Shown here piece by piece: positions 11,344 to 20,000 of a stretch of 20,000 nt of DNA. Below the pieces are notes generated by a model. The model did not search any database, had not been told where the DNA came from, and saw nothing but the letters and a program-made list of their open reading frames with translations. Position 1 is the first letter of the stretch. Each line of letters begins with the position of its first letter. Made by a program: the position numbers and the translations under genes. The DNA comes from Diploschistes diacapsis (Eukaryota): positions 48,397 to 68,396 of the forward strand of contig JALAIB010000002.1 in NCBI GenBank assembly GCA_023645945.1, given 5' to 3'.

Positions 11344-12202
11344 GACTGCTTCTGTCAGTGTTTGATCGCAAGTTGCGATGAACAGGCGCAAAGCACGCTC
11401 AGCTTTCAATGTCAGTGATACGGAGTACTAGGACGCGCCGTATCGTGTAGCCGCCGCGCTAAGGAGATGCGCATGGACCCAGTGGTATACTTGATGGATA
11501 ACGTATAACTTAAAGAGACCTCACTTCAACGAATCTCTGAGTGATCTGGATTTTGGTGCTTGAATCGTGTGCAACAAGGTGGCACCAAATGTCCAGTTTC
11601 TTCGTCAAAGTCGATACTATTTGTAATGTTATTAATACCAGTGCTTCATTGATCATTCCCAGACAGGCTGCAATATACTACTATATCCCTACCATATCAA
11701 AAGCATGGAGGGATAGATAATAATCCAATAGGGTTGAATGCTACTTGAGGTGTATGCAGTACTGGTGGAAAGACTCTAAGTGAGTATAGGCTTTGCGCTG
11801 CTATTGGAAATAGCCCATCGAAACTTGGTTCTGCTACATCTTTATTAATGAGTGCCTTATACCTGCTCCTGGATTTATAATGCGTCTTTGTCGACCCCGA
11901 GGTTGGTCTGCATTCTGAATTTGAAGACTCCATACCGCGCCCCTGCTCAAAGAGAAGACGCTATTGTTACCCCTTTCAGGGCCCATGGCTGCCTTAGCAT
12001 CTGGGGAGATTCGCGTAAACCATACCCTCGATCTTTGCCTCCTCCATAGTCTCCCGTCCCAGCTTTGTACAGAAGCCTTCCGACCTTGAGACTGTCTGCA
12101 CAAAACGAGCTCATTCTCCAAGCTGTAGTTTTGCAAAACGTATTCTACAATACCACGCCGCTGTAAGTCAGGCTTGACGTAAGACTCCCGTAAAGACTCC
12201 CG

Positions 12203-14211
12203 ATGACTGCGAAAGGTTCAATGCATTGCTGGTGCAATGCACTTTGTTTGATCCGTGCCAACCACCCCACCATTTCCAAAAAACATCAGAGGAGAGGAGA
12301 GACGACGGGAGATGAGGTCGTCCAGGAGATCAAGCCAGAACAAGCAAGTCGTTGCGATCTGTACGATGTTATCGTTCAAGATGCCTACACAGAAATGAAC
12401 TGGACCGAAACCTTGAATGATAAAGTTATAGGGGCGAGAGACTACTCTTTGAAAGAGATGGCCGATGTTCGCAGTCTCCAAGGCTGACACGTACTAGGGA
12501 ATGGTACGGAGGATAGCTCCGAAGATGGCTCGGAAAATGGTTCGAAGATGATTCTGAAGACGATCTGGGCGATGAACTAGTTAATGACCTGGAAGAGGGC
12601 CCAGACGACAACATGGAAGACGGGTTGAGCAACGACTTGGGGAGCGATTCGAAAGAGGAACTCAAATATCAGCTTTGGGCATGTGCTTACTGCTCTGATA
12701 ATTACCTAGGTACGATTCGCTAACCTTTAATAAGGAGTTCAACTTTACGCTAGCAATAGAAATCCTAACGACTAGAAAGCTGACTTCGTTGCTGACGATG
12801 TTCGCTCTCACTGGCAGGAAGCACGTCAGTTGACAGAAGAAAATCAGCATCTCTTGGGCTCCATTTTATTAGATGAGAAGATGCGCCAGTCAATCCTCAA
12901 GATGCATATCGAGTTCTGGTGTAAGAAATATTCTATCTTCTCAGATTATTGGCTAATCTGTTGAAGCTTGGAAACGTCAGAAGCAAAATCGACCTGCAAA
13001 CATACGACTCGTTGGGCTCAAGTGCATCGGCCCAATGCCATTGGAAGGAAAGAGTGTAGCGACAGAGGAAAATCACTGTGCTTTTCAAACCATTTTGGAC
13101 CTTGACAATTCATACCTACCCATGAGCACCTTAACCAAGAGCGATTCACACACCATCAAGCTCAGCAAAAGATGCGTGCCTTGCTGGGCTCGTCATCGAC
13201 TCACAGTGGTGTTGGCAACTCGACAACTCTTCGCTAGTACAGAGGATCAACAGCGCACCTACGCCAAGAATGGTTGCTTCCAGACAGGATGGTTCGGCAC
13301 TCGATACTGTTACCGTCATGCCGACGATGAGTTGGGCACAAATTGGCATCCAGTGCCACGATATGATCCGGCCCAATCAGCTCTGAGTTCCGAGGTCGAC
13401 AATCGCATTTCATGTCAGCAGCTTCAAAACAGTGGACCAGTAGCGAAGACATTCAGCTTGCGATGTCTCTTGCCGCGGAAATTAGAGCAGGTCATCGACA
13501 AGGCACTGACTTGGTTATCTTGGACATTGAGTTCAGTCGAAGTGGTCAGGTTAAGGGGGTTGCTCTTATCGAGTACGTATCCGGACGGGTCCTCTTAGAC
13601 ACATTGGTCAAGCCCCTAGCACCTCCGGAGCTCTCTCAATTGAAGCTGGCTTGGAGAAGAGGTTTAATCGATCACTTGTGGTCCAGGAAGCTCGATTCTT
13701 CTGGTACAAACACTGATCAAGATCTCGATGTCTGGGCTATCGCAGAGGTCCTTGAAGATTCTGGAGTTACAAAAGATTCCGTCATTTTGGTCTGGCATTC
13801 AACGTATTACGATTTGACCTTATTGGACACTTTCTTGGAAACTGCTGGAGCTAATTCGGCGCTACCCATCCGAGGGCAAACTGTGTTCGCCTGGTGCCTC
13901 ACGTTCGCGCCAATGTGCCTCCTCACAACGGGAAACCCTTCCCTGCGGCTCTATCAACAATATTTCCCATTCTATTTCCCAGCCATGAATTGGTTGGGCG
14001 TAATCATCGAGCCTTAGTGGATTGTCAGCAAACCCGACTTATCATGACGGTGTTCGAAGAGTTTGCCAAAAAACCAATCGGCAGTCCTGGAAGGCTAGAA
14101 TTATCTGAAGTTAAACCCACTCAGCAGACTCTGGAGAACTGGTTGGTTGACCCAACTCTGGTCCCCAATCACCAGGAAACCCAGAATCGGGGCCGATGGA
14201 CTGACATCTGA
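12203..14211 (+). pseudogene. Frameshifted multi-exon gene: acidic tract, Cys/His-rich segment, C-terminal DEDDh (DnaQ/RNase T-like) 3'-5' exonuclease domain
   Basis: ExoI LVILDIEFS (D 13523, E 13529); ExoII ILVWHSTYYD (13793-13813); ExoIII NHRALVD (H 14005, D 14020) in another frame. Frameshifts near 12541, ~13380 and ~13870. Clean intron 12921-12966 (GTAAGA..GCTAAT..AAG) joins IEFW-S-WKRQK. The 5' limit is uncertain and may extend to ~11700. Confidence 0.75.
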
Positions 14212-14559
14212 CTGAATGGGAGCGCTTTAGTGTGTAGAGCGTGCAACTCAGCGGAGAGGTTTGCACAGCTTTTACTCGTTTGAGTCCATCTCGAAGACCA
14301 TCTTCGACCCATGTACATGTCCTTCTCGTATACCTATTCTCTCGCCGAAACTGTTCATGGAAGCAGCTTGTCACGTGTGAGCTTGTTTTGAACGAGAAGC
14401 CCCAACTAATTTTGCATTTTGCTCCAATGTAGCAGCGGCGGCCTGATTTTCGCGCGGAAACAGATGTGATTTTGAGAGCGCGATAGGTGTTTACAAATCA
14501 ATGAGAGCGTCGGGAGATGATATCGATTGAATGGAGAGAATCCCTCGGCTAGGAAATGT

Positions 14560-15958
14560 CTAAATACAAGGTCTACATTTCAAAGTTTTTTCAGAACAAA
14601 GCGTATTCTCATGCCATACTAGTGTTATGGATCTGGGATCCACTTCAGATCCTAACAAGGGTATGGGGTGAAGCTACGGACTTTAGTAGCTCTACTGAGA
14701 AGAATACCGTTCTCGGAGCATTCAATAAGCTGTTGAGGTAGAATGCTTCACAAACCAAGGTATGGCCACTTGTCCTTACTTCGGTACATTTCGACTGCTT
14801 AGTCCAGTCCTGGCTTTGTTGTATGATATACCTCTGGAGAAGATGACCAGAGCTGGAAAGGTTCATATCTCTGGTTTGTTCCGATACCTCATGTGGTACA
14901 TTTGGTTTTGCAGATCTGGCAGAACGTGCACGCGACAGGCTCGAACAGGATGTTCAGCCTCTGAAGCCAACCCAAGGCCGTGTATAATTTTTCGTTTTTC
15001 TGGGTTCTCCGTCCGCCAGCCGTATGGTATTGGGAACAGAGGTATGGTAAATGGGAGGAGTTCATTTGATTAAATACGAGTAGGGTGTTCATGGCCCTAA
15101 AGCGTTTTAGAAGGACGTAAAGCGTATTGGCCGTCCGGCCGTTCAGAGTCGGTCTCACAACCTTCAATTGGGTTTCAATATCTCTTCTTGGTTGGTCTCT
15201 GTCAAGAGCTGTCCGTAATTATTCGATTTTGGCCGTCTCGGCTTTGGCGTAAGTGTTACAGGAATGCTTGTAGATGCGCATGTAAGGTCGGCGCCGCCGA
15301 CATCGCTCGAGCAGCCTCCCAATCTCGGTATAAGACCGGGGCAGATCCTGTTAAATACGTGCGAAGTAACACCGGTGGACCACCCGGTGCTTTGAACTCG
15401 TCCGCACAGACGGACCTAGGTGCTATGATCAGTAGGGTGACAATGATTTGGCGGGCTTGTTCGAACCATGCTCACGTCTTGCAGCTTGTTGGATCCTGTA
15501 ATAGAGTGTCTCGAGCGCCAAGCTTCTGTCTCACGATAGTCCTGACGGCCTCCTCAGGAGTATGATCAACGAATTCATCTGATAAAGTTTTGTGACCAAC
15601 CGGACACTTCTTCGCTTTTGTTTACATACGCATTAACGTATTCCGTGATCGACATACGAGGCCGCCCAAGCAACCCTCTTGAGAGGACATTAAAGCTTGT
15701 CTCGTTTCTTCCAATATTATATCCCACTCCTGAATACCCTCTTTTATCCATTAAGCTGCTCAAGGAGCCTTTCATATGATTAGTCACTTCTGCAGCTGAT
15801 CTCCCAAAAACTAGAGCGGCATTATGGTTGAAGGTCATTATCCGAACATTGGAGACCGTTTGAGACAGGAAACCTTTTGACCGAAAGGCTTCCGACTTTA
15901 AATAGTTCCAGGTGCTGAAAACCTCGCCGCCCAGGCCGTAGACTGTGACGGTATTACG
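14560..15958 (-). pseudogene. Relic of an NLR-like gene: SesB/DUF676-like alpha/beta hydrolase - patatin - NB-ARC - TPR, heavily deleted
   Basis: 15952-15740 TVTVYGLGGEVFSTWNY..GFLSQTVSNVRIMTFNHNAALVFGRSAAEVTNHMKGSLSSLMDKR (SesB-like start). 15670-15283 LGRPRMSITEYVNAYVNKSEEV / DHTPEEAVRTIVRQKLG..SCKT|SVCA..PVLLRTY..WEAARAMSAAPT (patatin; intron 15475-15416). 15054-14971 PFTIPLFPIPY..EKRKIIHGLG (approach to the NB-ARC P-loop). 14834-14781 EVYH/QQSQ/LD*AVEMYR (TPR-like). The first two calls are strong and the last two weaker. Confidence 0.72.
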
Positions 15959-16421
15959 ATAAGGTTTCTGTCAGCAATCCGTCTCGATTCATTGTCTGGC
16001 AAGGGTTCGGACGTGAGCGATTTAGTCCAAGAAGGCCGGCGTGGTAATGTCTCTTGGAGAATACCCGATAGACGACAACATAACAAGAAGGTTTCCTTAA
16101 GAAAGAAAAGATCCAACGGAGAATGGAAGGCGTTGGCGGCAGCAGGGGTTGCTAGTTTGTTGGGCAATTAAAGGCCTTCTGGAAAGTAAACCATAAATAC
16201 CATTGGAATAGTATTATACCTTTCACGCCTAAAATAGGTTGTGAGAAAGCCTTCGAAAACGGCGTGCAGTCCATCGCGAATCGGGCGCGCTTTCACCTGC
16301 ACACGGAATATGCGCGTTCGAAAGAGAGAAAGCTTGGCTCAAGCAGGGGAACTTCTATAGAACTACTACATACTCGACGCCAGCATGGAAGGGCGCACCC
16401 CGTGAGGTGGTCGCTGTATAG

Positions 16422-19404
16422 ATGTCGCTAGAGGACGGCGACAATGGGGAAGGAGCCTCCGTGCCCCTTCGCATTGTAGAACCCGCCGAGGCGCAGCCAG
16501 AAGATGGCAGCGAGCTGGAAGACGACCCGGTACTGGCGCGCAATGCAGACAGTGCTCTGCTCGCAGAGGAGGACTTTTTGTCCGATAATGCCACAGCCCA
16601 GTACTACTGATGCTCCGTCTTTGAACGTTCGTCACTGACCATTACTAGGCTATCTTTCAAGCGTAAGCAGAAGCAACCAGCTAGGATCTTCCTTCCCAAA
16701 TTTCTCCAACCACTACCAATAACCCCGGTCCGTTCGGCTGGCACTGGCACACCGCTATCGTCTGCTCGAATACGGAGATTGAGAGAACAATCATCCCAAA
16801 ATAACTCCGACGTCGCCCTTTCCGAACCCCACGGTCACGCTGTTGGCGCGAATGGAGATATAGAAACTACAAAAGAGGGGGGGCCACTGGACTGGTATGG
16901 GGATGGGCCACGGCGAAGAGTTGGGTATGATGATCTAACAGCGATCGATTGGATCTTTGAGTACACGAAGGAGCGTCAGCGTCTGCGAATGCTATCCTCA
17001 AGAGCTTCGGGTCTACTTGGTCAGCTAAACCAGCTCTGGGATGCTAGCCAGGTATGGTTCATCCTAGTTGCAACTGGCGCCTTGTCAGGTATGCTGGCTG
17101 CCGCAATAGACATTATAAGCGACTGGCTAGGGGATATACGGACTGGCTTCTGCTACGGCCAGGATGGCGCTCGACAGTTCTACCTTAGCCAGGCATTCTG
17201 CTGCTGGGGACATGACCGTGAGTCTGAACGGGAGCTGCTCGCTCAACTCTTTGACTTATTCAGGGTTATCTGACTGCGTCGATTGGACTTTTTGGGGGGA
17301 TGCCCTTCGGATTGGCGTTGTAGGTGGCCGATTCGTGGTGGAATACATCTTCTTCGTTCTTCTCTCTGTCAGCATTGCCGCCCACTCTCCATGAGTTTTT
17401 CTGATTATAATTTAGGTCGCCTTCGCTGTCTGCGCAAGTGTCTTGGTCCGAGATTACGCCCAGTACGCTAAGCAGAGTGGTATTCCGGAAATCAAGACAG
17501 TGCTGGGAGGTTTCGTTATCCAGCGTTTCATGGGCGCTTGGACTTTAGTAATAAAGTCTATTGGCCTTGTAAGTGGAGAGAGTGTGCGCGACGACCTCGT
17601 GCTGAACATGCATGCAGTGCCTCGCAGTGTCTTCCGGTTTATGGCTGGGAAAGGAAGGCCCACTTGTTCATGTTGCATGCTGCTGTGCAAATCTTCTCAC
17701 CAAACTCTCCAGTAGCATCAGTGGAAGCGAAGGTATGCCCGGCTCATTGCTCGTCTGTATAAATGGTGTTCACGTATCTCAGCTAGGAAGCGTGAAGTGC
17801 TATCCGCTGCTGCCTCGGCTGGCATATCTGTAGCTTTCGGATCTCCCATCGGCGGTGTGCTCTTTAGTCTTGAGGTATTGGGAGCCTCCATCAAACTTTG
17901 ATTTAAAATTGCTAATATCGTGCAGCAACTGTCATATTATTTCCCCGACACTACAATGTGGCAAAGCTTTGTCTGTGCCATGGTTGCAGCAGTCACTTTG
18001 CAGCTTATAAACCCATTCCGTACGGAACAGCTTGTACTGTATCAAGTCAGCTATTCTACTGGTTATCACGGCTTCGAGCTTGTGCCTTTTGCGGCGCTCG
18101 GTATCCTTGGTGGCATTTATGGAGGTCTCTTTATCAAGCTCAACATGAAAGTCGCAAAATGGAGACGATCTACCAGGGTCGCTCGGTATCCTGTGCTCGA
18201 AGTCTTTTTCGTTGCTACTGTCACCGCGGTAATCAACTTTCCGAATAAGTTCATGCGAGCCCGCCCCGCAAAGCTTGTCCATATCCTGTTCGCCGAATGC
18301 GACCCGAACAAGTTCGATGCTTGGGGCATCTGTCGACTCGATGGCCAGTACACAAGCACCATCATCCAGCTTCTTTCGGCGTCGGCGCTCGGGTTTTTGT
18401 TCGCTTCAGCCACGTTTGGCATGAAGATTCCTTCCGGAATAATATTGCCTTCTATGGCAGTCGGAGCATTGTATGGCCGAGTCATTGGAACCGTCGTCCA
18501 AACCATCCAACAGGGTAATCCGGGCTCGATATTCTTCGCCAACTGCGAGCCTGATAGAGAATGCGTTACGCCTGGAACCTATGCTATCGTTGGAGCTGCC
18601 GCAGCCCTTGGCGGTGTCACGCGAATGACGGTCTCTATTGTCGTGATCATGTTTGAACTCACTGGCGCGCTCACCTATGTCCTGCCAATCATGATTGCTG
18701 TCATGTTAAGCAAATGGATAGGGGACGCTTTCGGTAAACGAGGCATTTACGAAAGCTGGATTCACTTCAACGAATATCCGTTCTTGGACAACAGAGACGA
18801 TCAGCAACCACCAGATATCCCCTCTTCCCAAGTAATGACAAAAGTTGACGAGCTTGCCACCCTACCCGCCGCCGGGCACACACTGAAGAGCCTTCGAGAG
18901 TTTCTGTCGGCGCACCAATACCGTGGCTTTCCGATTGTGGTGGACCACGTGAACAATATCTTCCTCGGGTACATTACCCGGACCGAGCTTACGTATGCCA
19001 TCAAGTCTTCCATGGCCGAACCAAGAAGAATGCCGCCGGAGACACCCGTCTTCTTCTCCCATCAACCACATGCCAATCCCCTCGCCACGGTCGATTTCAG
19101 GCCTTGGATGGATCAGACTCCCATTACTCTCAACGGCAGATCCACCTTTCAACTGACTGTTGACCTCTTCCTTAAGCTGGGACTCAAATACGTACTCTTC
19201 CTGGACAAAGGCTCACTCCGGGGCTTGCTTACCAAGAAAGATGTCTGGTATGTCTTGAATAGTGTGGAAGAAGAAGGAGTCGGCGAGGAAGTCGTGACGC
19301 CTAGGTCGAGCAGAGGATACTCGTGGTCTAGTGATAGAAGAGTTCTTCTTACGCCAAGAACGCCCGGTATTGCCGGACTGGACAGTGCATTCGAGGATGG
19401 ATAG
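16422..19404 (+). CDS. CLC-family chloride channel/transporter (ClC-3/Gef1-like) with two C-terminal CBS domains
   Basis: Exons 16422-16600, 16649-17217, 17264-17367, 17416-17568, 17618-17732, 17783-17874, 17926-19404, all in phase. Motifs [64 protein letters not shown] segments YRGFPIV and LRGLLTKKD. Confidence 0.96.
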
Positions 19405-19584
19405 CACCTGCTGTAGTATATATAGACTTTAGATGATCTCTGATGCCGCCTTTACCAATTTTTCCGTTGCAAAATTTCATAACAGCCTCTATACTGAGCC
19501 TAACCGCCCACTCGCTATGCAGACCCACCATACCTCCCAACCAAGAAAGAAAACCCAAGGCCCATCACCCCCTTCCCCGACTCT

Positions 19585-20000
19585 CTAAAACCTCGTCCCG
19601 TTAACCCCAACAACCCCCCTCCCCAACTGCTCCGCCACAACCGTCGCCTCCCTCACCGCCCTCGCCACCGTGCCCCACACCCACCCCTCCTCCATAACCA
19701 GCAGCCCGCCAATCGTGCACCCGCCCGGGGTGGTAACCGCATCTCTCAGCAAGGCGGGGTGCTGGCCCTCCAACACCAGTCCCGCGGTCCCCTTCATCGT
19801 CTGCGCCGCCATCAGCTGCGCCTCTCTCCTGGGCAGGCCCATGGCCACGGCGCCGTCGATCATCGCTTCCAGCATCAGGGAGAAGAAGGCCGGGCCGGAG
19901 CCGCACAGGGCCGTCGAGGCGTCCATGAGCGAGGGCTTGAGGAAGACGACGCGCCCGATGCGCGAGAAGATCCAGGATGTTAGGGAGTGGAGGTCTGGGG
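19585..20000 (-). CDS. PRO3: Pyrroline-5-carboxylate reductase, 3' part (gene enters from beyond the right edge)
   Basis: MDASTALCGSGPAF, DGAVAMGLPR, AAQTMKGTA, HPALLRDAVTTPGGCTIGGL are P5CR dimerisation-domain motifs; stop at 19585-19587. Confidence 0.95.
   Translation of the reverse strand, partial: PDLHSLTSWIFSRIGRVVFLKPSLMDASTALCGSGPAFFSLMLEAMIDGAVAMGLPRREAQLMAAQTMKGTAGLVLEGQHPALLRDAVTTPGGCTIGGLLVMEEGWVWGTVARAVREATVVAEQLGRGVVGVNGTRF

Noticed and set aside
12178..12202. Imperfect duplication cgtaagactcc/cgtaaagactcc as a transposon footprint
   Set aside because: Only two short copies just after a splice donor; simple slippage suffices.
14447..14460. Near-palindrome TTTTCGCGCGGAAA resembling an SCB/E2F-type site
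   Set aside because: Single short motif between two 3' ends with no gene to regulate; chance cannot be excluded.
11450..16330. Calling the island a transposon or Starship
   Set aside because: No transposase, tyrosine recombinase, RT, TIR, LTR or TSD recognisable in the window.

Overview
Eukaryotic, intron-rich DNA from a filamentous ascomycete (Pezizomycotina-type genes; introns mostly 45-65 nt, GT..CTRAC..AG). I reconstructed seven apparently intact spliced genes by hand. (1) A secreted Ser/Thr/Asp-rich protein (-, runs off the left edge, absent from the ORF track). (2) An N-terminal RING-like zinc-finger protein with a long low-complexity Arg/Ser/Glu/His tail (-). (3) An HSL/Say1-like alpha/beta hydrolase (+). 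(4) Pyruvate dehydrogenase E1 alpha (+). (5) Histone acetyltransferase HAT1 (-). (6) A CLC chloride channel/transporter (+). (7) The 3' end of pyrroline-5-carboxylate reductase (-). Between HAT1 and the CLC gene lies a ~4.5 kb accessory island with two convergent decayed genes. One is a frameshifted gene ending in a DEDDh 3'-5' exonuclease domain (+). The other, the most interesting item, is a deletion-shrunken relic of an NLR-like gene with the apparent order SesB-like alpha/beta hydrolase - patatin - NB-ARC - TPR (-), i.e. two tandem lipase-type effector domains. All family calls are by motif recognition from memory; no database searches were run.
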